Source: Octopus vulgaris (Eukaryota). From it: DNA of 64,000 nt. The notes beneath the pieces were generated by a model. That model was not told the DNA's origin. It worked only from the letters and a program-made list of their open reading frames with translations, and made no database searches. Below, piece after piece: positions 11,717 to 26,153 of this stretch (the stretch's first letter is position 1; the number at the start of each line of letters is the position of its first letter). The translations under genes were made by a program, and so were the position numbers. The stretch spans positions 8,928,001 to 8,992,000 of the forward strand of contig OX597828.1 of NCBI GenBank assembly GCA_951406725.2, given 5' to 3'.

Positions 11717-12699
11717 TATATATATATATAAAGTGTGTGTATGTATGTATTTATGTGGGTAGTTATCCGCGTATTAAATAAGTGCAAAATTTGCTGTATA
11801 TCCCTGGGATGTTAGTTTGCCAAAATGTAGTAGCACAGAATAATTGAACAATATCTATTTACCTCATTCAACCACCAACATCATATTTTCTGCCATCTTT
11901 TTCCTCGTCATTCATTGATGTACCTCAATCATCTTCCCAATCCCTTACTTGAATTTTTTTAGCTTTTGTTCTCTATATAGCTTCGTTAATAAGATGTAGG
12001 GTGACACGGTATATTTTTATCCAGTCAAACCAATTAATATTTCCGTCTATTAAAAACACTCTGGGTAACTTGCATTTTTGAACTTTCCAACAATTTCTTT
12101 TCTAACTTTTTTGTTAACTCGATATTCAGTAAAAGAAATTTCGAAGTACCATTCTATAACATGTCATTTCGAATGACATGATAATTTATTTGTTTGGCAT
12201 CTGTCGTCCAGGAATCCCTCCCATAAATTTCAATTGAAATTACAGCTGGCCCTTTAACCATTATTTTATTATTGTTGTTTTCTTATATTCGTATTTTTCT
12301 AATTAGGGTAACATTTGGCTAAAGCTAACCTAACACATGTTAGATTTTGAATTCCGACTGTTTTTCATTTTCACTGAAGCCTAGGAAATGTAAAAAATTC
12401 AGTTAGCTTCAATTGTGGTAGATTCAATTAGCCATATGATGGCCTACGTCCCATTGGAAGTTACTTCACGAGTTTTACCGCAGTAACGTATTTTTAATAT
12501 TGATTAGACCAATAATTTTCGAATGTAATCTTAAACATGATATTCTTAATAATGGACGCCAGTACAATATTTATATTATTAGTATAAACATATTTCGCTT
12601 CAATGTGATAGAGACGAACTACGATAATATCTATCTTGAGATTTGTATTCCGTATTCTCAGATCCTGCGATGAAAGTATTCTGCGCAGTGGTTACTTCT

Positions 12700-13055
12700 G
12701 TCCTTTAAGATCTCTGCTTGATTATCGTTCGATTCATCAATTTTCATGCATGTTTTTATGTATTGTTGGCAGCTGTAATTTTAGCAAATATTGGTTGCCC
12801 TGGTGTGTGGGGAGGATTTTAGGAAATAATTTTATAAATTATGTATCAACTGGATCTGCTTTAGTGAGACTGTTATGATTACAGAAATAGTACAGATAAT
12901 TTGTCTCATGACATCATTGGTGTAATGGAGCAAAATGTTTGATTTACCATTTATTCCAATCTGTGGATTATTATGTGATGATAACTCACCATAAAAGATT
13001 ATTTTAATACATTTATATCCATTCAATCAGCCTGATGTACGACCCATTGCATCTT
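12700..13055 (-). pseudogene. decayed RTE-clade LINE ORF C-terminus
   Basis: Minus strand gives MQWVVHQ...KIIFYGELS, resembling the RTE motif RWxGHVxRM...PKxIFYGEL. A degraded terminal zinc-finger-like segment (YSCQQYIKTC) follows. Confidence 0.45.
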
Positions 13056-13713
13056 TAATAATCGAATACAATCTATATAGGACTGTTATGTCACTGTTAC
13101 GCTCAGTCACACCTTATTTCGCAACAGTTAGTATTATTCGAGATAACACATTAACGTCAACATCTCATATTTCGATACACATAGGGGCAATTTTACATTA
13201 TATCCTTTTTCCTAACTGAGAAGTCACGGGTATGATTTGAAGGCCATTGGCTCCTATTCCAGCTGATTGGGTAAAAAGGAATCAAGATCATTTAGAATAT
13301 CAGGTATGTAACTGGCACGAGAATGACAATGTAAAAAGTAACACACTGATATTATAGTTAGCTTACTTAGATATATATTTATATTGTGAATCCAAACACA
13401 GGAGAAAAAATGTATGTATGTATATGAGTGTGCTTATCCACAGCCAGACATATTATACTTATATGCATACAAGCAAATATGAGTGAGCGGGCCTGTGCAC
13501 GTGTAAGGTATGTGTATGAATTGTGAGCGTATGTGTGTGTGGTTGTTGCTTATTTCTCACCTAGATCCCAGCCATTTATGCTCTTGTAACAATAACAGTG
13601 CTGATGCTGATCTAACGGTAAGTTCAGTTGATATATTCCTTGCCATATAATCCTATATTCCGTGGCGTTAGAAGTACGGATGTTCCACAGGATGGATTGA
13701 TACTGAATTACGT

Positions 13714-14306
13714 TTTTACTCTTTTACTCTTTGACTTGTTTCAGCCATTTGACTGTGGCCATGCTGCAGCACCGCCTTTAGTCGAGTAAATCAACCCCAG
13801 GACTTCTACTTTGTAAGCCTGGTACTTATTCTAGTGCTCTCTTTTGCCGAACCGCTAAGTTACGGGGACGTGAACACACCAGCATCGGTTGTCAAGCGAT
13901 GTTGGGGGGACAAACACAGAAACACAAAGATATATACACACATACATATCTATAGATATATACGACGGGCTTCAATCACTCCAAATCCACTCATAAGGCT
14001 TTAGTCGGCCAGAGGTTATAGTAGAAGACACTTGCCCAAGGTGGCATGCAGTGGGACTGAACACGGAAATATGTGGTTCCTAAGTAAACTACTTACCACA
14101 GAAACACAGAAACACAAATATATATACACACATACATATCTATAGATATATACGACGGGCTTCAATCACTCCAAATCCACTCATAAGGCTTTAGTCGGCC
14201 AGAGGCTATAGTAGAAGACACTTGCCCAAGGTGGCATGCAGTGGGACTGAACCCGGAAATATGTGGTTCGTAAGCAAACTACTTACCACACAGCCACTCC
14301 TACGCC
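13714..14306 (-). mobile_element. SINE family A with internal 190-bp tandem duplication
   Basis: Reverse complement of family A. Units 13912-14101 and 14102-14291. Confidence 0.9.
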
Positions 14307-15320
14307 TATGTTGTTTAAATTTGCTGAAAATTTTTCTCGGTAAATAATATAACACACACTGGATAGTATAGAACACTATATTTATCAAGTTTTGTATAGT
14401 ACATATTAGTTTATTAGATTGGAATATTCGTTATACCTACATTTATCTTAATTTATCAAATACATTTCACTTCTATATGAGTATGTGTGCTTGGAAGCGA
14501 GTATTTAGTGCATTCACAGACAAACACAGACACACAGAGAAATGTACACACGCACACGCACACACATACAGAAGCACACACACATACACACACGTATATG
14601 TATATATGTTTTGATGTATGTAAATATATGGGTATGTATACATATTAAACAACTATATATATACATATATATATATATACAGAGATGCTACTAAATATAT
14701 ATATATATATATATATATAAAAATGTTTATACATTTATACACATGCACACATATTTATAGCTAATACACATCACGTGCGCGCACACAAACCTATACAGCT
14801 ATATATGCCTGAATATATACTGCTCTGTATGACTGTATGCATATATATATATATGTTTGTATCGTAGTAGTTATATAGATACCGTGCGCATCCAATTATA
14901 TTCCCTTTCTCCCTGTACATATAAACACATCTATGCATTCTCGTCATTTCATCACTTATCCAGGAAGAACAAACATTCAATGATTGTGATGTTCAACCAA
15001 TTGATATTAAAGAGCATGTTCACAAGTTAACAGATGCTGGCGATGTTCCAATATACTGTCTTGAGGAGGCCTTCTTCGAGATAGATTTATTTTCGAATGC
15101 ATCCTCGACGAATATATCTGTCTAGAATTGTGCATTGTTTTTGTCACGTTAGCACACGTTGAGATAAATGAGCACACAATTGCTTCTCATTTTAACGCCT
15201 TTGTTTCGAATTCACTTTTCTTCACTCCCATCCGCTTCCCATATTCACTCTCTCCTCGCCTCCAGCCTTTCATTCTACTTGTTCTGATTATTGGCGTAGA
15301 TTTTGTTGTTGTTGAGTAGA

Positions 15321-15340
15321 TATTATTATTATTATTATTA

Positions 15341-15371
<31 letters not shown>

Positions 15372-15385
15372 AATTATTATTATCA

Positions 15386-15464
<79 letters not shown>

Positions 15465-15530
15465 CATTATTATTATTATTATTATTATCATTATTATTAT
15501 TATTAATATTATTATTATTATTATTATTAA
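15321..15530. repeat. long (ATT)n trinucleotide microsatellite
   Basis: About 70 ATT units with occasional ATC/ACT variants. Confidence 0.95.
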
Positions 15531-15917
15531 TCCTCTACCTGTTTCGTGTTGTAGATGATGTCTTTTAACGATGCATCATTTTCTCCTTTGTTTTCAGCAA
15601 TAACAATAATTCTTATTCCATAACCCCGTTCGTTTAAAGATTATGGTAACGCATTTGGAATCATTTACCGCTATTTTTTCTCCCTTTATCATAACCTTTT
15701 CGGCCAGGTTATTCAAAAAGTATTAGGAAGAGAGGAAAATGATATAGATAAGGATAAGTAATTTGGATTCGTAAGTGAAATTGTGTCAAAATTTTCGAAT
15801 GATGAAGCGAATTGGAGCAAAATAAAAGATGCATAAACATGCATACACACAGGCACAAACACGCACGCGCACACACACACAGATAGATATATATATATCC
15901 GTGTGCGTGTATGTATA

Positions 15918-15994
<77 letters not shown>

Positions 15995-15999
15995 GAATG

Positions 16000-16074
<75 letters not shown>

Positions 16075-16516
16075 TTATTTATAACATCATATCTATGTCT
16101 ATTAGTTGTCTCTAGATTCAGTACTACTCCTTAGACTTGAGAACATCAAATTCAATTGATAACTGTTTGCTACTCTCGTCTAAGTTTTTGAATTAATCAA
16201 GATCCTTTTGGATCAATCCAAAACGCCTTTTTCTCACGTCCGGCACACATACATACATACATACATATATACATACATACACAGGCAGAGCTTAAATAGT
16301 TGATACTAGGAAATGAAAGAAATCCAATTTTTTTTTCTTTTTTACATTTTTAGTTAGAAAAAAATTTTTTCAATGTATATAATATAACAGGCAAGTGCTA
16401 TGAGTGCTCAGTTTGGTTTACCGCTAAAACTCCTGCTTCAACTGCAACTGAGAAATCTGGTGCTCATGATATTGCCTATGAAATATGGCTACAAGTGGTT
16501 CATCATTATGTAGGTA

Positions 16517-16728
16517 GATATACATCAAAACAGATAATGAACATGGAAATTATTTGGCATCATTCTAGAACAGTTAATTCATAACATAAACAGAGTAGTT
16601 ATAAGAAATTCGTAACGTCTAAATACTTATTTATTATAACTGCTCTGTACTACGTTTATATCATAAGCTAAATGTTCTAGAATGATGCCAACAGTTTTGC
16701 GTGTTCCTTATCTTCTTTAACGTTTATC
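16517..16728. repeat. imperfect long inverted repeat (foldback/MITE-like hairpin)
   Basis: Perfect 19-bp arms TTGGCATCATTCTAGAACA (16554-16572) and TGTTCTAGAATGATGCCAA (16673-16691). Imperfect pairing extends inward (CAGAGTAGTTATAA/TTATAACTGCTCTG) and outward. Confidence 0.8.
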
Positions 16729-17520
16729 ATTTTATGTTTTTACATAAATATAGAATGAATCACACTCCCCCTTTAGTTATCTTTATATTTCTATTTCATA
16801 TTCGAATTTTCCTGCTCCTTTTCTTTGTTTTCTTCTTCGTTAACTATTTATTGTCTCCTTATAACTGTGCATATTTCTAACCATGAATGAATATGTCAAC
16901 CGTTATTACACACCTATTATTTTAATTCCACTGCAGAACGGTTTTCTCCGATTCCATACGAAAATCGCCTACTCATAGAAACCTCCAACTATTTAAACCT
17001 TATAATATGAATGGCTTTTGTCACCGGACGATAACGACTATTGCCGAATCTTTGACAGTCCACCCTATAATGACTAGATATATGATAATGTACAGTTGCT
17101 GTGTGTCTAAACAATAATTACGATTCAGATTTTACGCTTACACGCCGACACGCATTCATTTATACACACGCACGTACATACACACAGGCATACACCTATA
17201 TATATATATATATAAACAAACACACATAAGCATAAGAGTATATGTATTTGTACATATATTTATATATGTGGAAATGCAAGAAACGCACGTATGCATAATC
17301 ATACATATATTATCTGCATTTACTTTTATATATGTGTGAGAGAGTGTGTGATCCTGTGTATTTACATGCACTTTCATATGTGTGCGAAAATATATACACT
17401 AACAGCGCTTTAATATTAATATCAATATAAACTCATGTACCTCTCTGTCTGTATCTATTATGTATGTATGTATGTATGTATGTATGTATGTATGTATGTA
17501 TGTATGTATGTATCTATATA

Positions 17521-17592
<72 letters not shown>

Positions 17593-17713
17593 ACTATCTA
17601 TCTATCTATCTATCTATCTCTCTATCTATCTATCTATCTATCCAACTATCACTCCAGCTCTCACTCACAACTTTTATCTATACTCCCTCACTCTATCTTC
17701 TTGTATATATAAA

Positions 17714-18082
17714 TAGGATTGGCTATGTGGTAAGTAGCTTCCTTACCAACCACATGGTTCCGGGTTCAATCCCACTGCGTAGCATCTTTAGCAAGTGCCT
17801 TCTACTATAGGCCAACCTAATCTTTGTGAGTGGATTTGGTACACGGAAACTAAAAGAAGTCTGTCGTATATACATGTGCGTGTGTGTAAGTCCGTTTGTC
17901 GCCCCACCATCGCTTGACAGCCGATGTTGGTGTGTTCACACCCCGTAAATAGCGGTTCGGCGAAGAAACCGATAGAATAATTAGTAAGCTTACAAAGAAT
18001 AAGTCTTGGGGGGTCGAATTGTTTGACTAAAATGCGGTGCTCCAGCATAGCCGCAGTCAAGTGATTGTAACAAATAAAAGAA
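17714..18082 (+). mobile_element. SINE family A copy
   Basis: Homologous to 7379-7793. B box GTTCAATCCC. Confidence 0.85.
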
Positions 18083-18092
18083 TATATATATA

Positions 18093-18424
18093 CGGCCCAT
18101 GACTTAATGGCTTGAGCGTCGGACTCACAATCATGAGTAATGAGTTCGAATCCCGGACCGGGATGTGTGTTGTGTTCTTGAGGAAGACACTGTATTTCAT
18201 GTGGCTCCAGTTCACTCAGTTGTAGAAGTGACTTGCAACGACGTCACTGCTTCCAAGCTGTATCGACATTTGCCTTTCCCTTGCTCAGCATCAATGGCGC
18301 AGAGAAGCGCGGCTGGTATGCATGGGCGACTGCCAGTCTTCAATAAACAACTTTGCATGGACTTTTGCCGCGTTGTTTAAATTTCTAGTTGCAATTCCAT
18401 GGTAATTCTTGAACGAAGTGGGTC
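18093..18424 (+). mobile_element. tRNA-derived SINE family C
   Basis: A-box-like TGACTTAATGG, B box GTTCGAATCCC, then TTGTGTTCTTGAGGAAGACACT...CCAGTTCACTCAG. Related minus-strand fragments at ~23290-23400 and 26154-26250. Confidence 0.7.
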
Positions 18425-20015
18425 TTATAATATATATATATAAACGCGTAAAATTATATTTTGTACCATAAGCCTAGATTTACGGGCATGACAGCTATGA
18501 AACAGAAATTCACACGTGTACAGGCATGCATGAGTGGACACATCACCATATGTATCCCTATAGAAAGTGGTAGAAAAAGCAGAAAATAAATATACGCTGC
18601 CACACACTTAGGCATTCTCATATATATATATATTTATGTTAATATATGTATATACTTACGTTATATATATATTTATGAGCATATATATATGTATGTATAT
18701 GTATATATATATATGTATATATATATGTATATATATATGTATATATATACATGCACACACACATACACCTCGTAAGAGCGCGAAGATCTAAAATTAACGA
18801 AAAAATTATTTAGCAAGATTTGATATCTTCCCTTTCTCCCACTCACTTTCAACTTGGCTGCATAATCTGTTAATTTCACAAGGAAGCTTCTTTACTCCTA
18901 AAAAAAGTTACAATGATTGGAAAAGATACGAACACTGGAATCTTCAGTTGAAAACCAGTCATTATATCTACTTGGTCATCGTAATTACTTACCATATGAA
19001 TTAATGTCTAGGCAATCATATAAAAGAAGCTAAGTTGTCGATCTAAGTTACTGATTGGTTCAAACTGATATATTGCTGAAATATTGCTTTGAAGCTACTG
19101 TTCTCCTGACGTATAGTCGATTAAGTTTGTCGATAAATTTATTAGATTTTTCCTTGGAAATTAATTAATTCTCGTTATATACGCGAGAAGCACGCAATTG
19201 CTTTCATGTCTATTGTTCTAAATAGATTAAACCGAGACTTAATATATACATTCAAAACCAACGTCTATGCTTATAAGAAAAACAAGGAATAAATATTACA
19301 ATATACTTGTAGATAATATATTGGCTTAATTCATGATATATGGATATATTTATTATATTAAAATTTGCATTTGTAAGAAATTACAGTTTTCGATAAAGGC
19401 GATGTGATAACTTTCGAAAATTTTTCTCACAAAACAATCAGGTTTTATTAAGATGAAAGAAGATTTGACGCAATGTTGTACTATTAAACAACATGGTTTT
19501 ACATTAAAAAGAAAATTTTGTAAATAATTCTATTTAATTTTATTATGTTTACACCATAACGTCGAGGAAACCACGAATCATTCAATGTTTGAGAGAGAGA
19601 AAGTGGATATTTAAATGGCGGAGTGGTTAATATTTTCAGTTATGGATTAAAGATTTGCAATATCGCGTCTGCTTTATTTTCAATAGATTCCAGCAACACT
19701 GAACAATTGAAGATTACTAGGGAATAACAGATATTTGGGGAAGTTGGTGCGGGAGGTATCGTAATAATGAGGTCGGTGGATTGGTTTTAAATGCGAAGGC
19801 GATTTCTTTTCCAAATAAAATTGTGTAAACGAAAGCTAAATCCGAACCAGTTATATTTGATAATTGTTGTATGTAAACAGTCGCTCGTGTCATACATTAT
19901 CATGTTGAGTCTGCATGAGGTATAGTTGAATTTTACAAGGGTCTGTGTTCTAAATATTCATTTACGCTTTAAAAGTGACTCTTCCAATATATTAATTCTG
20001 AGTCTATCCTACGGG

Positions 20016-20075
<60 letters not shown>

Positions 20076-20077
<2 letters not shown>

Positions 20078-20190
20078 CGTGATCACCGTGACCGACCAGG
20101 CTATCAGATGTTGCTACATATCGCTGGTCACAATGCGCTTCGCATTGTTTAGCCTTCAAATGACGCCACCCCGCTGGCTAAGCGAGCCGG

Positions 20191-20194
<4 letters not shown>
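20076..20194 (-). mobile_element. 3' tail fragment of SINE family B embedded in (TA)n
   Basis: Near-identical to 52874-52980. Confidence 0.8.
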
Positions 20195-20251
<57 letters not shown>

Positions 20252-20257
20252 CTATAT

Positions 20258-20584
20258 GTAGAAAAATACAAACTGAGACAAGAACGTAAAACATTTGGAA
20301 GACGATACAAAAAACACGGACGGGACATTCGGAGCCTTCAATATTCAGTCAAGAACCGGATAATCCTAGCAATTTCGGCTGATTAATCTTGAGATCGCTC
20401 CGATCCGACCAAGCCCCAAAGATATCTTGGAAGAAGGATCGAATGTATACGAAACAGGGACAGAAAAACGGACGATGCCACACGAATATAAAATACAAAA
20501 AGCAATAATGGTAAAAACAGGTAAAAGCGGATGTCTTACGACTAATAAGCAGTACAAGTTTAGCTGGCGTATTTTGAACAAATG

Positions 20585-20587
<3 letters not shown>
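20258..20587. mobile_element. probable PLE fragment between (TA)n tracts
   Basis: Shares an HHR-like motif with 59435-59470 (minus GACTGAxxA...CGAATRTYCCGT). The plus-strand end translates NKQYKFSWRILNKC, resembling the PLE EN YxIxWxI segment. Confidence 0.4.
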
Positions 20588-20666
<79 letters not shown>

Positions 20667-21396
20667 ACATTTAACTGCATACATTGCCATTTCCTGGAAG
20701 GTACATACAACAAAAAAGAAATGGCTTATTATTGTTTCTGAGCTAACGTATATTGTAATTCCAAATACTCTTGGATTTTGCTTTAGATTGGTAGCGAACA
20801 CTCCAACAACACTCATTACATAGCAGAGTAAATAGTATAATCAAGCAAATTTAATAATGAATTATATTGCTGCTGTTATTACGGCTTATTTCAGTGTCGG
20901 TCCTCATCAATAGTTCACTGATGCAATGTGAACAGCACCATCATATTTGTCTAATGCATTCTACTTTAGTTAAAAGGTAGAATGGAACTTTAAAAATATT
21001 TGGGTGTAATTCAATTCGGGGTCAAGCGACTGTGCTTTTCCTTCCTCATCTGTGGAATAAATTGAATTTGTCTTCTAAATATATGAGAAATACTTTACTA
21101 TTTTATACCGTTATAAAGCTATAGTTTTCCAGCTGTAAATTAGCTGAGACGTGAAATAAGGAAGAATAAATATGTTTTGTGGAGACCAAAACGAAAAGTT
21201 TCTCATTGCAAAATCTGTTAGAGTATTCTAGGAATTGAGATATTTGTCGATGATGCGTACAATTTTTTTATTGTAAGAAAAGTAAACCAACCAATATTGC
21301 TTTGAGCAACGAAGAAATAAAGGGTAGCTCGATATAGGAACAAGAAGTGACAAACTTACTCGAGTTATATTCAGTCTCTGTATATTATGCATCTAG

Positions 21397-21434
<38 letters not shown>

Positions 21435-21893
21435 TCTAATCCAAATAAAAAAAGTTTCCTAACGCTATATAACGTGTATACACAAACGTGAAAATAACAC
21501 TACGACTCCAACACATACACACTAATACAGACACACCTATGTGTGTGTGTGTGTATGACTATATATGCAGATATATATATATATACCATATACTTAAATG
21601 ATGAGGATTTAGTTATTCGATCACTCGAATTAACTGCTTCGATTGTAAGGAACGCTTGGAGAAAATGTCCATACAATAAAACCGTTCACGTAATACGCTA
21701 GCAGAATCAGAGTAACATAACAGTATCTCGTTAATTACATATATAATTTAGACAATAGTCTCTTTTACTAAATTTTAATAACTTCGTACAAATCTAATAA
21801 AATACTATGCAATGAAATCTAACCGTAAACTTTGGAAATTTGGAGTTAACTTCCTAAATATTCAACCCTTTGGACCTACTGGCACACACAGAG

Positions 21894-21933
<40 letters not shown>

Positions 21934-22576
21934 AGAAAAGCACACAAATCACACCCATATAATACAGAGACATTATGTATACTTTATGATATATAAATGT
22001 GTGTGTGTATGTATGTACATATGCATATAGCCATATATTTCGTTATAGATATGGATCTATCTGTCTTTCTCTCTCTCCATATACATATATATACATATAT
22101 TCACATACAAATATTTATATATACATACATATATATATAAAATTCAAATCGTCAACTTTGTCTATATATCTACCTTCTCTATAATGTTATCAATTAATAT
22201 GAACATTATTTATTAATGGAAAACCTCTATAAATGGCTGATGATTGCTCAATATTTTAAAACTGTTATAATACTTACAATGTTTAATAAAATGAAGTAGC
22301 GTGAAACGATCGTACCTAATTACCGGAGATATTCTTGTTGTTTATTTTGAGCATATATATATATATGAACCTGTGTGTGTTTGTGTGTTTGTGTAATTGT
22401 CCAATAATTTTTGTGAGTCAGAAAAAATGCCCACATATATAGTAATATGAAGGAATTATTATTCATATGATACCATAATTTCAAATCAGCCGAACAGGTT
22501 AAAGTCTACTAATCCATTCAGCCATATTCGCTACCTGCTCATTTTGCTTCTTTCACTGTGTTTTGAAACCCTTCAT

Positions 22577-23148
22577 GGATCTTTTCGGTTTGAACGACAG
22601 TTTTTCTATCGGTGTCATATGAAATTGTCACCCACAATTATGACCCTAGTATCCATCTATTGCATTTCAATCTATTTTAGGGTTAGTGTTAGTTAGGGTT
22701 AGTTAGGGTTAAGGTTAGTTAGGGTTAAGGTTAGTTAAGGTTAGTTAGAACGACAGTTTTTCTATCGGTGTCATATGAAATTGTCACCCATAATTATGAC
22801 CCTAAAATCGATCTATTGCATTTCAATCTCTTTTAGGGTTAGGGGTAGGGGTAGGGGGAAGAGTATCTTTTTTTCTTCACAAATGTAAATAAACCCAATC
22901 TGGTTCTTAAACGAGGGACATATTCATACGGCGCCGAATGCTTTTTAACTCAATAGACGTCACTGGTTGGTTGAAATAACAGAAATTGAAGAAAAAACAA
23001 CAACAAATATCTTACAAACTGTGGAATATTCTCAATAAAGCCAAGAGAAAAAGAAGTTTTATAAAAACATTCTACCAGTATAGAAGTTCAAAATTTTTTA
23101 GTTACCTAGAAGTTACGTTAAAAACTGCCGTTCAAACCGAAAAGATCT
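22577..23148 (+). mobile_element. non-autonomous TIR DNA transposon (MITE) with telomere-like TTAGGG tracts; 8-bp TSD, Merlin-like
   Basis: TIRs GGATCTTTTCGGTTTGAACG(A/G)CAGTTTTT and AAAAACTGCCGTTCAAACCGAAAAGATCT. TSD CCCTTCAT at 22569-22576 and 23149-23156. Internal duplication of the left segment. Confidence 0.9.
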
Positions 23149-23578
23149 CCCTTCATTAATAAATTTAAAACCATATCATAGACTATAAGTAATGGGGTTA
23201 GAACTATCTCCATCCGGTCAACGACACATTGTTCCGTCTTACAGTTCACTTTCTAGCAATTGCTGGAGTTCATTGAACGAGAAATGGAATAGGGTATCGT
23301 AATGTGAAGTGTTTTGGTCAAGAACATGACTCACACCCTAGTCCGAAAATCGAAAGCACGATATTATGATTGTGACTGCAACTTGCTAACCAACAGTTAA
23401 CATATCTTCCCCCAGTAAATTTAAGTACAAAATATGTCTTTTGTTTTCAAATACTCACTGACAAATACACAAATACTTTAATCTGTGCACGCTTACGTCC
23501 ATGTGTGTGCGCACGCGCAAATGTCTTTGTGTCTGTGTTATTATTTGCATATGTAACTAGTTGACTCCATATATATAT

Positions 23579-23735
23579 GAGTTCAAATTCCGCCGAGGTC
23601 GACTTTGCCTTTTCTCCTTTCGTGGTCGATAAATTAAGTACCAGTTACGCACTGGGGTCGATGTAAATCGACTTATTTCGTTTGTCTGTCCTTGTTTGTC
23701 CCCTTTATGTTTAACCACTTGTGGGTAATAAAGAA

Positions 23736-23736
<1 letters not shown>
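23579..23736 (+). mobile_element. 5'-truncated SINE family D (Meta-domain-like)
   Basis: Matches the 3' two-thirds of 46829-47061. Confidence 0.85.
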
Positions 23737-23795
<59 letters not shown>

Positions 23796-23820
23796 ATATA
23801 TATATAAATAGATAAATAGA

Positions 23821-23885
<65 letters not shown>

Positions 23886-24255
23886 CGAGGGAAAGATTTG
23901 TCTGAGTCGTTAAAAATATTTATACTACAACCTGAAATCAAGGCTCCAGGCTCCATATTTGGCATCCCGAGCACGACCTTTATATTTCTTTCAAAATTGT
24001 GTCAAAACAGTTTGAAATTTTGGCACAGTGCTACCAAATCGAGAGAGGGTGCAAGTCGAAGTATATGTTAATTATTGTGCGTTGTAAGACTAATTAAACT
24101 AGAAATATTTAGTTCTAGTCAAGGTGTATTCATTTACTTACAACTAGACTGAATACCCTAACCACTTAGCCACATGCCTCTACACGTACATATATATCAG
24201 CATCTTCATTTAGAAGAAGAACAGTATAATATATATGAAAGGTTATATATGGTTG

Positions 24256-24368
<113 letters not shown>

Positions 24369-24822
24369 CTCGCTGCTCGCTCCGTTTGTGTGTATTTCTT
24401 CTCTCACAACCACATTCGCCATCTTGTTAAATGGCTCTTGTTAAATACATACATACATACGTACATTCATGTGTGTGTGCTATTATGTATATGCGTGTGT
24501 GTGTGTGGTTGTGCATATGTGCGTATGTGTGTGTGCGTGTGTGTATGACCTTTCAATTAAGCGCACACACGCATATAAAACCTTCCAACTATTAGTTTCG
24601 TAATTACATTTTCCCATCCAGGCGAGTAAGAAAGAACGAAAGACAGGATGGAAGGGAGGAAGAGAGGAAAGGAATAGCTTGTAGTTCTTATGTTTACTCT
24701 ATGCATATACCATTTTGTGTGTGTGTGTGTGTGTATTTGGAAGTACGTTTACATATATGTATGTGTATCCTCGTGTATTTGTGTGTGTGTACTTATGTAT
24801 AAATGAAGGTATGTATTAATGT

Positions 24823-25054
24823 CTTTCTCTACTACCCACAAAGGGCTAAACACAGAGAGGACAAACAATGACAGACAAACAGATTAAGTCGATTATATCG
24901 ACCCCAGTACGTAACTGGTACTTATTTAATCGACTCCGAAAGGATGAAGGGCAAAGTCGACCTCGGCGGAATTTGAACTCAGAACGTAGCGGCAGACGAA
25001 ATACCGATAAGCATTTCGCCCGGCGTGCTAACGATTCTGCCAGCTCGCCGCCTT
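24823..25054 (-). mobile_element. full-length SINE family D with 15-bp TSD
   Basis: TSD GGTATGTATTAATGT at 24808-24822 and 25055-25069. tRNA-like head and GCCCTTCATCCTTTCGGAGTCGATTAAATAAGTACCAG central domain. Confidence 0.92.
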
Positions 25055-25094
25055 GGTATGTATTAATGTAGGTATGTATTAATGAATGTATATG

Positions 25095-25143
<49 letters not shown>

Positions 25144-25391
25144 ATACGTAACACGATCTCTCGAGAACCATAAGTTTTGATTTCCTTTGTTTTCTAAGTA
25201 GTTACTTTACCTTAGTATTGAAGATCTGACTAGTAATAGTCTTCTGAAATGCCTATTTACAAAATTAAAACATTTCGAGTGCTTACTCTGCAACTTTCTA
25301 TAATACGTCATTGGTTATTCTGAGCGAGTGAACGACAGACAGAGAAAGAGATGGACAGAAACAAAAATAAAATTTCAGTAGTACTTCCCTA

Positions 25392-25700
25392 GGATCTTTT
25401 CGGTTTGAACGGCAGTTTTTCTACCGGTGTCATATGAAATTGTCACCCATAATTATGACCCTAGTATCGATCTATTGCATTTCAATCTGTTTGAGGGCTA
25501 GGGTTAGGGTTAGGGGTAGGGGGAAGGGTATATTTTTTCTTCACAAATGTAAATAAGCCCAAACTGTTTCTTAAACGAGGGACATATTCATACAGCACTG
25601 AATGTTTTCACCGCAATAGACGTCCTTGATTGGTTGAAATTGCAGAAATTGAAGAAAAAACAACAAATATCTTACAAACTCTAGAATTTTCTGAATAAAG
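25392..25700 (+). mobile_element. right-truncated copy of the TTAGGG-containing MITE
   Basis: Left TIR at 25392. Colinear with the full copies up to AATAAAG. No right TIR. Confidence 0.85.
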
Positions 25701-25705
25701 TGTTT

Positions 25706-26153
25706 GGATCTTTTCGGTTTGAACGGCAGTTTTTTTCTAGCGGTGTCATATGAAATTGTCATCCATAATTATGACCCTAGTATCGATCTATTGCATTTCA
25801 ATCTATTTTAGGGTTAGTGTTAGTTAGGGTTAGTTAGGGTTAAGGTTAGGTTTAGGGGTGGGGAAAAAGGTATCTTTTTTCTTCACAAATGTGAATAAAC
25901 CCAATCTGTTTCTTAAACGGGAGAATATTCATACGGCACAGAATGTTGTTTACCTCAATGGACGTCAGTGATTGGTTGAAATTGCAGAAATTGAAGAAGA
26001 AAACAACAAATATTTTACAAAGTATATAATTTTCTCAATAAAGCCAAGAGAAAAAAGATGTTTTATAAACACATTCTACCAGTATACGTAGTTAAAAAAT
26101 TTTTAGTTACCTAGAAATTATGTTAAAAACTGCCGTTCAAACCGAAAAGATCG
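25706..26153 (+). mobile_element. full-length TTAGGG-containing MITE with 8-bp TSD
   Basis: Both TIRs present. TSD AAGTGTTT at 25698-25705 and 26154-26161. Confidence 0.92.

Noticed and set aside
14940-15530. Candidate poly-Asn exon or short ORFs next to the (ATT)n tract
   Set aside because: Frames are closed by stops on both sides, with no convincing splice sites or homology.
22676-22747. True telomere or chromosome-fusion scar
   Set aside because: Short degenerate tracts, always at the same position inside a TIR element with TSDs.
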